A stretch of 32,000 bases of DNA. It comes from Nostoc punctiforme PCC 73102. Lineage in GTDB: Bacteria > Cyanobacteriota > Cyanobacteriia > Cyanobacteriales > Nostocaceae. A program made the translations under genes and the position numbers. Positions 17,694 through 26,251 of this stretch are shown one piece after another. The first letter of the stretch is position 1; each line of letters starts with the position of its first letter. The DNA is taken from positions 6,000,001-6,032,000 of the forward strand of contig NC_010628.1 of assembly GCF_000020025.1 (NCBI RefSeq). Reading direction: 5' to 3'. The notes under the pieces were generated by a model, which ran no database searches, was not told the origin of the DNA, and saw nothing but the letters and a program-made list of their open reading frames with translations.

Positions 17694-18455
17694 ATGCAAA
17701 TGCTTAGTGTCTTAAACGCCTTTAATTCTTTTCCCCTCGCCGAATTAGAAGTAGGTCATCATTTCTACTGGCAGTTGGGCAATCTTAAAATTCATGGGCA
17801 AGTTTTTCTCACCTCATGGTTTGTGATTAGCATTTTAGTAGTGGCTTCAATAGCTGCTACTCGCAACGCACAAAGAATTCCCAAGGGCATCCAGAATTTG
17901 ATGGAATACGCCTTAGAATTTATTCGTGATTTGGCCAAAAACCAACTTGGTGAGAAAGAGTACCGCCCTTGGGTGCCATTTATTGGCACATTGTTCTTGT
18001 TTATTTTCGTATCGAACTGGTCAGGTGCGCTAATTCCCTGGAAGCTCATCAAGCTACCTTCGGGCGAATTGGCAGCTCCCACCAATGACATCAATACGAC
18101 TGTTGCATTAGCACTGCTAACATCCTTAGCGTACTTTTATGCGGGTTTTAGCAAACGGGGTTTAGGCTACTTTAAGAAATATATAGAGCCAACACCTGTT
18201 TTGTTGCCGATCGCAATCTTAGAAGATTTCACCAAGCCCCTCTCCCTAAGCTTCCGGCTATTTGGTAATATTTTGGCGGATGAATTGGTAGTCGCGGTGT
18301 TGGTGCTGCTAGTTCCTCTATTTGTACCTCTGCCTGTAATGGCCTTGGGTTTATTTACCAGTGCTATTCAAGCCCTGGTTTTCGCCACCCTAGCCGGAGC
18401 ATACATTCATGAGGCAATGGAGGGACATGGCGGAGAAGAACATGAGGAGCATTAA
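17694..18455 (+). CDS. atpB: F0F1 ATP synthase subunit a (atpB; called atpI in cyanobacterial/chloroplast nomenclature)
   Basis: The N-terminus [28 protein letters not shown] is chloroplast-type. It carries the essential-Arg motif [15 protein letters not shown]. Confidence 0.95.
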
Positions 18456-18562
18456 ACTTCTCAGTTGATAGCACAGTTCCAAGAGCATATTTGCTCAAAA
18501 CATCGCAAAGCGCGATCTAAAGAACTCATGTGCAGCGTGAAAACCACGTTTCTAGTCGTTAA

Positions 18563-18850
<288 letters not shown>

Positions 18851-18871
18851 TACCTGAAAATTTTTGTGAGT

Positions 18872-18899
18872 GTGGAGACGTGAATCATCACGCCTCTAC
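18872..18899 (+). other. Stem-loop immediately after the c-subunit gene (GTGGAGACGTGA-atca-TCACGCCTCTAC)
   Basis: A 12-bp stem with one G-U wobble and one A/C mismatch, and a 4-nt loop. It lies 22 nt after the atpE stop and has no U-tract. The arm sequence resembles a second GAGACGCG...CGCGTCT hairpin at 20800-20850. Confidence 0.45.
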
Positions 18900-19032
18900 A
18901 ATCAAAACGTTTTGGGTATCTCAATAGTTATAATGTTCAGTTGACCCTTGTTGGCTATGGGTCTCTAAAATATGAAAGGTTGGATGACGTTGCTAGCCAT
19001 GAAAACTGCTACTCCAGCCAAAGAGGAGACAA

Positions 19033-19464
19033 ATGTTTGATTTCGATGCTACCTTGCCCTTCATGGCATTGCAATTCCTGCTATTAGCAGCTGTGTTGAA
19101 TGCAATTTTCTATAAGCCACTGACCAAGGTACTAGACGATCGCGATAGTTACATCCGAACGAATACCCTTGAGGCGCGGGAGAGCTTGGCTAAAGCCGAG
19201 CGCTTGGCTACTGAATATGAGCAGCAACTCGCAGACGCTCGCAGACAATCGCAAGCTACTGTAGAAGCCGCTCAACTTGAAGCTAAGAAAATTACTGCCG
19301 AAAAAATTGCTGAAGCCCAAAAGGAAGCTCAGTCTCAACGAGAACAAGCTTCTGTTGAAATAGAGCAACAAAAACAACAAGCTTTTAGCACCTTAGAGCA
19401 ACAAGTTGATGCTCTAAGTAGGCAGATTCTAGAAAAACTATTGGGGCCAACTCCAGTTAGATAA
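19033..19464 (+). CDS. atpF2: F0F1 ATP synthase subunit b' (atpG in cyanobacterial nomenclature)
   Basis: [30 protein letters not shown] is followed by a long charged helix typical of b/b'. An in-frame stop at 19000-19002 excludes upstream extension. SD AAGAGGAG is at 19021-19028. Confidence 0.9.
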   Translation: MFDFDATLPFMALQFLLLAAVLNAIFYKPLTKVLDDRDSYIRTNTLEARESLAKAERLATEYEQQLADARRQSQATVEAAQLEAKKITAEKIAEAQKEAQSQREQASVEIEQQKQQAFSTLEQQVDALSRQILEKLLGPTPVR

Positions 19465-19550
19465 GCTAACGAGATTGGTTCTGTGTAAAGCATACGCGCA
19501 ACTGGCCCCTAGTCCAGAGCGCAAAATTTAAGTGTCAAAAAAAGGCACTT

Positions 19551-19627
19551 TTTCCCTTCTTGGGAAAGATACTTAATTTCCTGACAGGGAAAAGATACTT
19601 AAATTTCCTTCCCTAGGGGAAAATACA
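19551..19627. repeat. Alternating TTTCCC / GGGAAA motifs with two ~22-bp direct repeats (GGGAAAGATACTTAATTTCC, GGGAAAAGATACTTAAATTTCC) in the b'-b spacer
   Basis: The copies are at 19562-19581 and 19587-19608, with a partial third copy GGGGAAAATAC at 19617-19627. TTTCCC (19551-19556) pairs with GGGAAA (19562-19567), and each repeat is itself a GGAAA...TTTCC hairpin. The spacer is 194 bp. Confidence 0.7.
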
Positions 19628-19658
19628 ACGTATTAGCAAGCGAGCAGCGCACTTGTAA

Positions 19659-20231
19659 ATGGGTATCATGGGGACATTCTTATTACTTGCCGCAGAAGCG
19701 AACGCTGTTCACTCTGAATTGGCAGAAGGCGCAGCAGAAGGTGGTTTCGGTCTAAACCTAGACATTTTTGAAACCAATCTGATCAATCTAGCGATTCTGG
19801 TTGGCATACTATTCTACTTCGGACGTAAGGTTTTAAGCAATATCCTGAACGAGCGACAATCCAATATTGCCACCGCAATTCAGGAAGCAGAAGGGCGCTT
19901 AAAAGAGGCAAAGACTGCCCTTTCCCAAGCGCAAGAGCAGTTGAAGCAATCTCAAGCAGAAGCAGAACGTATCCGCCAATCGGCCGTAGAAAACGCCCAA
20001 AAAGCGAAAGAAGCCTTGTTAGCGAAAGCAGTGCAAGACGTAGAACGCTTGAAACAAACAGCAGCAGCAGATTTGAACACCGAAACCGAGCGAGCGATCG
20101 CTCAATTACGGCAACGAGTTGCTACGCTAGCATTGCAAAAAGTCGAATCACAACTTAAAGGCGGGATTGCCGACGATGCTCAACAAAGTTTAATTGATCG
20201 TAGCATCGCACAATTGGGAGGCAATGTATGA
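19659..20231 (+). CDS. atpF: F0F1 ATP synthase subunit b
   Basis: [32 protein letters not shown] is followed by a long A/E/Q-rich helix. The start may be ATG 19668 (MGTFLLL). The stop overlaps the delta start (ATGA). Confidence 0.9.
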   Translation: MGIMGTFLLLAAEANAVHSELAEGAAEGGFGLNLDIFETNLINLAILVGILFYFGRKVLSNILNERQSNIATAIQEAEGRLKEAKTALSQAQEQLKQSQAEAERIRQSAVENAQKAKEALLAKAVQDVERLKQTAAADLNTETERAIAQLRQRVATLALQKVESQLKGGIADDAQQSLIDRSIAQLGGNV

Positions 20232-20782
20232 CAAGTCAGGTAGCGGCAGCCGAAGTAGCCCAGCCTTATGCACAGGCGCTTTTGTCAATAGCGCAATCGA
20301 AAAATTTGACAGAAGAGTTCGGAGAAGATGCGCGGACTTTCCTGGGACTGCTCAGAGCAGACAAACAGCTACACAACTTCTTCAGCAACCCGTTTATTCA
20401 GGCTGAGAACAAAAAAGCTCTCATCAAACAAATACTCGGTGAAGGCTCTAACCCCTACTTACGCAACTTTTTGTTGATACTAGTAGACAAACGCCGCATT
20501 GCATTCTTGGAATCGATTTTTCAACAATATCTGGCGCTGTTGCGGCAGCTGAATCAAACCGTATTAGCGGAAGTAATTTCAGCCGTTCCCCTCACAGAAG
20601 CTCAACAGCAGGCAATCATCCAAAAGGTCATTGCCATCAGTAATGCTCGCCAGGTAGAACTAGAAACCAAGGTAGACAGTGAGTTAATTGGTGGTGTGAT
20701 TATTAAAGTAGGTTCGCAGGTAATTGATGCCAGTATCCGGGGTCAGCTGCGTCGCCTTTCATTGCGCTTAACTAATAGCTAG
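20228..20782 (+). CDS. atpH: F0F1 ATP synthase subunit delta (OSCP; atpD in cyanobacterial nomenclature)
   Basis: [14 protein letters not shown] ... [26 protein letters not shown] is the typical OSCP/delta pattern. It has a 4-bp overlap with atpF. Confidence 0.9.
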   Translation: MTSQVAAAEVAQPYAQALLSIAQSKNLTEEFGEDARTFLGLLRADKQLHNFFSNPFIQAENKKALIKQILGEGSNPYLRNFLLILVDKRRIAFLESIFQQYLALLRQLNQTVLAEVISAVPLTEAQQQAIIQKVIAISNARQVELETKVDSELIGGVIIKVGSQVIDASIRGQLRRLSLRLTNS

Positions 20783-20958
20783 AAGGTTAGGAGTTAGAGA
20801 GACGCGATTATACTCTTACGAGAAGCCGCTCTACGAGCGTCTACGCGTCTGTACAGGAGTTAGAAGTTAGGAGTTAGGTAAATAGTAATTTATTTTGACT
20901 TTTAACTTGTAATTTTTGCATTTTTAACTCATCACTCCTAACTCTTAACTCCTAACTG
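20783..20958. repeat. Inverted arrays of GGAGTTA-type heptamers flanking an AT-rich loop, plus an inner GAGACGCG...CGCGTCT hairpin (delta-alpha spacer)
   Basis: The left array AGGAGTTAGAAGTTAGGAGTTAGG (20855-20878) and right array CTCCTAACTCTTAACTCCTAACT (20935-20957) are complementary over ~21 bp with 2 mismatches. An extra GGTTAGGAGTTAGAGA copy lies at 20785-20800. AGACGCG (20800-20806) pairs with CGCGTCT (20844-20850). Confidence 0.75.
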
Positions 20959-20997
20959 AATTAATTTTTCCGTCTCGAAAGCAAACAAGATAGACAC

Positions 20998-22518
20998 ATG
21001 AGCATATCAATTAGACCTGACGAAATTAGCAGCATTATCCAACAACAAATCGAGCAATACGATCAAGAGGTCAAAGTTGCTAACGTTGGTACTGTCCTAC
21101 AAGTAGGTGACGGTATTGCCCGGATCTATGGTCTGGAAAAGGCTATGGCTGGGGAACTCTTAGAATTTGAAGATGGCACAATTGGCATCGCCCAAAACTT
21201 AGAAGAAGACAACGTGGGCGCGGTGTTGATGGGTGAAGGGCTGGAAATTCAAGAAGGTAGTTCTGTAACCGCTACTGGTAGAATTGCTCAGATTCCAGTC
21301 GGAGAAGCCTTAATTGGAAGAGTTGTAGACGCTTTAGGTCGTCCCATTGATGGTAAGGGAGACATCAAATCCTCAGAAAGCCGTTTGATTGAATCTCCAG
21401 CGCCTGGTATCATTGCTCGTCGATCTGTACACGAACCCATGCAAACGGGGATTACAGCTATTGACTCAATGATTCCCATCGGTCGCGGTCAACGGGAATT
21501 GATTATTGGCGATCGCCAAACCGGTAAAACTGCGATCGCGATCGACACAATCATCAACCAAAAAGAAGAAGATGTAATTTGTGTATACGTTGCGATCGGT
21601 CAAAAAGCTTCTACCGTAGCTAACGTGGTGCAGACATTGCAAGAAAAAGGCGCAATGGATTACACCATCGTTGTCGCAGCTAGTGCCAGTGAACCAGCAA
21701 CACTACAATACCTAGCTCCTTACACAGGCGCAACTATTGCTGAGTACTTTATGTACAAAGGCAAAGCTACCCTGGTAATTTACGACGATCTCTCCAAGCA
21801 AGCCCAAGCTTATCGCCAAATGTCCCTGTTGCTGCGTCGTCCACCCGGACGCGAAGCTTACCCCGGAGATGTATTCTACATTCACTCTCGCTTGTTAGAA
21901 AGAGCCGCAAAGCTAAGTGATGAATTAGGTAAAGGCAGTATGACCGCCCTACCAATCATCGAAACCCAAGCTGGTGACGTTTCGGCATACATCCCCACCA
22001 ACGTAATTTCCATTACCGATGGTCAAATATTCCTATCTTCTGACTTGTTCAACGCTGGTATCCGTCCGGCTGTGAACCCCGGTATTTCAGTATCCCGCGT
22101 GGGTTCTGCGGCACAAACCAAGGCAATGAAAAAAGTTGCCGGTAAGATTAAATTGGAACTAGCCCAATTTGACGACTTGCAAGCCTTCGCTCAATTTGCT
22201 TCTGACTTAGATAAAGCCACTCAAGACCAGTTGGCACGTGGTCAACGGTTGCGCGAACTTCTCAAGCAGCCACAAAATTCGCCACTCTCGGTATACGAGC
22301 AAGTAGCAATTTTATACGCTGGTATTAATGGTTACTTAGATGACGTTCCTGTAGATAAAGTCACCAGCTTTACCCAAGGTCTGCGGGAGTACTTAAAGAC
22401 TGGTAAAACACAGTATGCCGAAGGAGTAAGAACCTCCAAAGCACTAGGTGATGCAGAAGAAGCTGCTTTGAAGGAAGCACTTACCGAATACAAGAAGACC
22501 TTCAAAGCAGCAGCGTAA
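20998..22518 (+). CDS. atpA: F0F1 ATP synthase subunit alpha
   Basis: 506 aa with P-loop GDRQTGKT. It matches alpha subunits throughout, e.g. [18 protein letters not shown]. Confidence 0.97.
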   Translation: MSISIRPDEISSIIQQQIEQYDQEVKVANVGTVLQVGDGIARIYGLEKAMAGELLEFEDGTIGIAQNLEEDNVGAVLMGEGLEIQEGSSVTATGRIAQIPVGEALIGRVVDALGRPIDGKGDIKSSESRLIESPAPGIIARRSVHEPMQTGITAIDSMIPIGRGQRELIIGDRQTGKTAIAIDTIINQKEEDVICVYVAIGQKASTVANVVQTLQEKGAMDYTIVVAASASEPATLQYLAPYTGATIAEYFMYKGKATLVIYDDLSKQAQAYRQMSLLLRRPPGREAYPGDVFYIHSRLLERAAKLSDELGKGSMTALPIIETQAGDVSAYIPTNVISITDGQIFLSSDLFNAGIRPAVNPGISVSRVGSAAQTKAMKKVAGKIKLELAQFDDLQAFAQFASDLDKATQDQLARGQRLRELLKQPQNSPLSVYEQVAILYAGINGYLDDVPVDKVTSFTQGLREYLKTGKTQYAEGVRTSKALGDAEEAALKEALTEYKKTFKAAA

Positions 22519-22522
22519 TTAC

Positions 22523-22657
22523 AGTGCTGAGTGCTGAGTGCCGAGTGCTGAGTAGCTATAAGTGTTGAGTTGAAGAAAGTTTTTCATTCAAAACTCAAAA
22601 TTTCAAACTCAGAACTCAGGACTCAGACCTCAGAACTCAGAACTCAGGACTCAGAAC
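22523..22657. repeat. Inverted arrays of CTGAGTN heptamers in the alpha-gamma spacer
   Basis: The left array is AGTGCTG x4 (22523-22553, with one more AGTGTTGAGT at 22561-22570). The right array is seven NACTCAG units (22606-22657). The 6-nt cores CTGAGT/ACTCAG are perfectly complementary and every 7th base mismatches. Confidence 0.8.
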
Positions 22658-22665
22658 TTAAAGTT

Positions 22666-23613
22666 ATGGCCAATCTAAAAGCAATACGCGATCGCATTCA
22701 GTCGGTCAAAAACACCAAAAAAATCACAGAAGCCATGCGTCTCGTAGCTGCGGCTAGAGTGCGTCGGGCGCAAGAACAAGTACTAGCGACTCGCCCCTTT
22801 GCCGATCGCTTGGCACAAGTATTATATGGTTTACAAAGCCGTCTGCGCTTTGAAGAAGCAAACCTGCCACTGCTGAGAAAAAGAGAAGTTAAGTCAGTCG
22901 GGCTATTGGTAATTTCAGGCGATCGCGGTCTATGCGGCGGCTACAATAATAACGTTATCCGTCGTGCAGAAAATCGCGCCAAGGAAATCAAAGCAGAAGG
23001 TTTAAACTATCAATTTGTACTCGTCGGACGCAAATCTACGCAGTACTTTCAACGCCGCGATCAGCCCATTGATGCTACCTACAGTGGCTTAGAGCAAATT
23101 CCTACCGCAGCAGAAGCTAATCAGATTGCTGATCAACTACTTTCCTTGTTCCTTTCGGAAGAAGTAGACCGCATCGAATTAATCTACACCAGATTCCTTT
23201 CCTTGGTTAGCTCCCGTCCTGTGGTGCAAACCTTACTGCCCCTCGATCCGCAAGGTCTAGAAGCAGCCGATGATGAAATCTTCCGCTTGACAACCCGTGG
23301 CGGTAAATTTGAAGTCGAACGGGAGAAAGTGGCTAGCCAAGTCCGCCCGTTGGCTCCTGACATGATTTTCGAGCAAGATCCAGTACAGATTCTCGATTCT
23401 TTGTTGCCCCTGTATCTGAGTAACCAGCTATTGCGGGCGCTGCAAGAATCTGCGGCTAGTGAACTAGCAGCGCGGATGACAGCTATGAGTAATGCCAGTG
23501 AAAATGCGGGTGAATTGATTAATACCCTCACGCTGTCTTACAACAAAGCTCGACAAGCTGCAATTACTCAAGAACTCCTTGAGGTTGTAGGTGGTGCTGA
23601 AGCACTAACTTAG
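22666..23613 (+). CDS. atpG: F0F1 ATP synthase subunit gamma (atpC in cyanobacterial nomenclature), 315 aa
   Basis: The true N-terminus is [36 protein letters not shown], at ATG 22666. The track start at 22570 is a TTG that reads through the heptamer array ([18 protein letters not shown]) and is rejected. The C-terminus is [13 protein letters not shown]. Confidence 0.95.
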   Translation: MANLKAIRDRIQSVKNTKKITEAMRLVAAARVRRAQEQVLATRPFADRLAQVLYGLQSRLRFEEANLPLLRKREVKSVGLLVISGDRGLCGGYNNNVIRRAENRAKEIKAEGLNYQFVLVGRKSTQYFQRRDQPIDATYSGLEQIPTAAEANQIADQLLSLFLSEEVDRIELIYTRFLSLVSSRPVVQTLLPLDPQGLEAADDEIFRLTTRGGKFEVEREKVASQVRPLAPDMIFEQDPVQILDSLLPLYLSNQLLRALQESAASELAARMTAMSNASENAGELINTLTLSYNKARQAAITQELLEVVGGAEALT

Positions 23614-23638
23614 AAAAATACTTGTTGTGGATTGTGAC

Positions 23639-23684
23639 AAATAGCCAATCGTTAATGGTCTTTCAATTAGCGATTGGCTATTTT
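23639..23684 (+). terminator. Hairpin terminator candidate for the atp operon
   Basis: AAATAGCCAATCG (23639-23651) pairs perfectly with CGATTGGCTATTT (23671-23683). The stem can extend by 5 more pairs into the loop. It lies 25 nt after the gamma stop. The U-tract is short (TTTT, partly within the stem). Confidence 0.5.
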
Positions 23685-23851
23685 GCGTAATTGCAGCCAT
23701 ATAGAAGACTCATATTTGATTTCTGAAAACATTCGGTATACAACTCAAAGAGGCTTCTTGCCTATTGCCTCCTACGCAAACAATTATGGCTACGCCACGC
23801 TGCGCGAACAGAAATCAAAGCGGATTGCTATATCCTAACTTTGATAATTAT

Positions 23852-23872
23852 GAATTACGAATTACGAATTCA
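23852..23872. repeat. Heptamer tandem repeat GAATTAC GAATTAC GAATTCA upstream of ssrA
   Basis: Read directly. Three consecutive 7-mers sit just upstream of the putative ssrA promoter. Confidence 0.6.
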
Positions 23873-23884
23873 AGAATCGCGTAC

Positions 23885-23890
23885 TATAAT
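23885..23890 (+). promoter_or_regulatory. Candidate -10 box (TATAAT) for ssrA
   Basis: A perfect TATAAT lies 18 nt upstream of the predicted mature tmRNA 5' end. This is consistent with a short RNase P-processed leader. No clear -35 is visible. Confidence 0.3.
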
Positions 23891-23907
23891 TGAAGTATGA
23901 AGCGCAT

Positions 23908-24294
23908 GGGTCCGTCACGGTTTCGACAGGTTGGCGAACGCTGCTCTGTGATTCAGGTCGAGAGTGAGTCTCCTCTCGGAAATCAAAGGCTCAAACAAAA
24001 AGTAAATGCGAATAACATCGTTAACTTTGCTCGTAAGGATGCTCTAGTAGCTGCCTAAACACCTCTTATAGGTTCGAGCGTCTTTAGTTTGACTCCGTTA
24101 AGGACTGAAGACCAAACCCCAACGGATGCTCTAGTAAGCGTTCTCTGGTTGGCTTGCTAGCTAAGATTAAATCAGAGAATCCTACGTTCGGGATAATGAA
24201 CGATTCCCGCCTTGAGGGTCAGAAAGGCTAAACCTGTGAATGAGCGGGGGGTCAATACCCAATTTGGACAGCAGTTCGACTCTGCTCGGATCCA
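23908..24294 (+). ncRNA. ssrA: tmRNA (SsrA), one-piece, ~387 nt
   Basis: The 5' end GGGTCCGTCACGGTTTCGACAGG and the 3' end GGACAGCAGTTCGACTCTGCTCGGATCCA form the acceptor stem (GGGUCCG/CGGAUCC, one G-U) and T-arm. The tag reading frame runs from GCG 24008 to TAA 24056-24058 and encodes ANNIVNFARKDALVAA, the cyanobacterial-type proteolysis tag. Confidence 0.92.
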
Positions 24295-24312
24295 CTAAGA
24301 ATAAATAACAAG

Positions 24313-24350
24313 TCCACCTGATAATTTGATATCAAGGTGGATTTTGTTTT
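24313..24350 (+). terminator. Rho-independent terminator of ssrA
   Basis: TCCACCT (24313-24319) pairs with AGGTGGA (24335-24341), and TGATA/TATCA allows further inner pairing. TTTTGTTTT follows. Confidence 0.65.
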
Positions 24351-24639
24351 GTGCTGTCTGAATATATTAAATCAATAGACAGAATTGAGCCAAGAAAGGA
24401 ACCAATTCAAAATCAAAATCAAAAATTAGTGGACTTTTAGCATTTCCCGATCAAAAGATGTTCATTTTCTCATACTTAAATTATTTAGCACTTCTGTGTA
24501 CCTGAGCTACATCACCATCAACGTGCTAATTTTTACTAAAGTTTATTCAGGCTATTAAAATCTTCTTGGTCTGCATAATCAAAGTTCAAAGCAAAAGTTC
24601 GACATTCTAAATCCTTCCTTTGCTAATTGCTGCAAAATC

Positions 24640-25340
24640 TTGGTCGGTGATTTAATCCCTAACAGAGCCCCTGCTACAAAAGTATGTCATAGCAGCCTTC
24701 GACTTTGGCAGAAACGTCAAAGCGATCGCCTCTTAAGTTTTGCTATTACTATCATTGTAGTCAAAATCTGCGATCGCCTACCAATCCTGGCCCAACTTTT
24801 GCATTGAAGAAGTTACTAAGAGCCACGAGAAGCTTTAATTATTCTGTTCTTGAGGTTGTTTGCGTGCGGTTCCAAACCTTCTTCCTCTTTGTTTAAGTAC
24901 CCGTCGTAATCGATCTGCACTCAAGCTTACCTGACGTTCAGATGCCAGTTTTTTCGCTAATTGTTTAGAGTTATAGGTCTGTGACTCTTGAGCTAAACAA
25001 TTTTCTAGATAAACCAAATCTGATTCTGAATATCGAGGTTTTCCACCTCGACCAGGAGCATCCCACAGACCTGCTAAACCCATCTTTTCCCAACGATGAA
25101 GCGTTTGACGTACTGTTGAAATTGCCCAGTTCAAACCTTTAGCAATTTGCTCATTTTTTAAGCCACGATTATTTAGCAGTAAGACTTGAGCCCGATCCTT
25201 GGTGCGTTGAGGAGCATCTTTGGCTTTTCTTAACTCTTCTAAAGTCAGCTTTTCTTGCTCAGTTAGAAAGACTTTTAATCGGCATCCCATAATTAATAAC
25301 CTTTTACACAGTTAATTGTTGCCACTTTTATTAAAAACTT
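24640..25340 (-). mobile_element. Decayed, truncated IS630-type insertion sequence remnant
   Basis: Past the stop, the same frame still reads ...GQDW*AIADFDYNDSNSKT*EAIALTFLPKSKAAMTYFCSRGSV. This weakly resembles the segment carrying the first catalytic Asp (..YLDESGF..) of IS630 DDE domains, then similarity is lost. There is too little space before ssrA for a full ~1.1 kb element, and I found no terminal inverted repeat pair. The boundaries are approximate. Confidence 0.4.
24835..25290 (-). CDS. IS630-family transposase, N-terminal HTH portion only (DDE domain missing or decayed)
   Basis: The 151 aa read LTEQEKLTLEELRKAKDAPQRTKDRAQVLLLNNRGLKNEQIAKGLNWAISTVRQTLHRWEKMGLAGLWDAPGRGGKPRYS...LSADRLRRVLKQRG. 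This matches the paired HTH / winged-helix N-terminus of cyanobacterial IS630 transposases as I recall them. The ORF stops where the linker to the DDE domain should begin. Confidence 0.65.
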   Translation of the reverse strand: MGCRLKVFLTEQEKLTLEELRKAKDAPQRTKDRAQVLLLNNRGLKNEQIAKGLNWAISTVRQTLHRWEKMGLAGLWDAPGRGGKPRYSESDLVYLENCLAQESQTYNSKQLAKKLASERQVSLSADRLRRVLKQRGRRFGTARKQPQEQNN

Positions 25341-25677
25341 GTTAGCTTCGTTCTGATTAATGTCTAAAGTCGATAATAAAGGACTGTATCATTAAACTTC
25401 TTAAATTATTTCTATGATGACGGTGATTCATCGAAACTTTAAAAATAATTTTTACGCCATTTACCATTGGGATGGGCAGAAAAACATATATATAGAAGCC
25501 TTCATCCTTTTTATTTAACTCATCTCTGGAAATTTCTCTTAACTATCTCCAAAAAATATTTATTTTCTCGACTTTACATAAACTTTATATTTCATATAAC
25601 GATATTATTGCTTTAAACAAAAATATATTCAATCCCTACTGGAGAGAGAAAAAAATCGTGTTAACTTTCCTATTTTC

Positions 25678-25710
25678 CCTACCTTTCCTACCTTTCCTAC
25701 CTTTCCTACT
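25678..25710. repeat. Tandem 9-mer repeat (CCTACCTTT) x ~3.7
   Basis: Read directly as CCTACCTTT CCTACCTTT CCTACCTTT CCTACT, within the AT-rich region upstream of the flv genes. Confidence 0.8.
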
Positions 25711-26251
25711 TATTTGTAAGATAGAGTATTAAAAAGCTAACTTTTAATCCATTCTCTTTAAGTCAATTATTTTACGCCATATTTACGCCATAATTACAGA
25801 GTTTGTTTATAAAGCCTAGTCTATTTTGTCATTGTATATACCACTCTCAAAAGAAAAAACCTTTATTTATCAACTTCCTTGTGCAGCCAGTCAAGAGGCA
25901 AAAGGCAATTGAAGAGCAAGCTTTTTGAGTTGTACTGAGTTTCAGATAATAGTACTAAATGTATGATAAGAGTTCTAGTTTTTTCAGTTTTTATTGTCAA
26001 ATAATCTAAAGAAAATGATATTTTTAAATTAGAATAAAATTAAATAAATAGCAAAATAAAATACTAAGTATATTTTTGAGAGTAAATTAATATTGAGTAT
26101 ATTTTTTGAGTCATGTTTTTTGCTAAAAAACAGCAATAATTGATACAAGTTAAATTTTTCAAAAACTGATATTCATTACAACTTAAACAAAAAATAATAG
26201 AGAGAATGGGGGCAGAAGAAAAACCTGTTAATTTGCGCTCGGAGACGAATA

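Noticed and set aside
22570-22665. The 32-codon N-terminal extension of the gamma subunit in the ORF track ([32 protein letters not shown])
   Set aside because: It starts at a TTG and its sequence is simply the heptamer array read in frame. The canonical gamma N-terminus [11 protein letters not shown] begins at ATG 22666 and gives the expected 315 aa.
24705-24896. Plus-strand 63-aa ORF overlapping the 3' end of the IS630 HTH ORF
   Set aside because: It overlaps the transposase remnant antisense, has no motif and no ribosome-binding site, and lies in decayed DNA.
25414-25518. A 34-codon small ORF (MMTVIHRNFKNNFYAIYHWDGQKNIYIEAFILFI). Also a 26-codon ORF at 2628-2708 and a 36-codon ORF near 16815-16925
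   Set aside because: They have no Shine-Dalgarno sequence and no recognisable family, and ORFs of this size are expected by chance in AT-rich spacers. They are not reportable without conservation or expression data.
25678-25710. Possible CRISPR array. Short direct repeats occur here and in the heptamer arrays at 20783-20958, 22523-22657 and 27971-28072
   Set aside because: The repeat units are 7-9 bp and directly abutting, with no spacers. There are no cas genes. These are micro/minisatellite-type STRR-like repeats.
24295-26251. An intact genomic island or prophage integrated at ssrA, with an attL/attR duplication of the tmRNA 3' end
   Set aside because: I looked for a second copy of the tmRNA 3' segment (TTCGACTCTGCTCGGATCCA) downstream and found none. 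The interval has no integrase and no cargo ORFs, only an IS remnant and AT-rich DNA.
25291-26251. DIF1 (TCCGGA) heterocyst-promoter motif or a canonical NtcA box upstream of flv3
   Set aside because: Neither motif was found in a by-eye scan of the region, so no heterocyst-specific promoter can be claimed from sequence alone.
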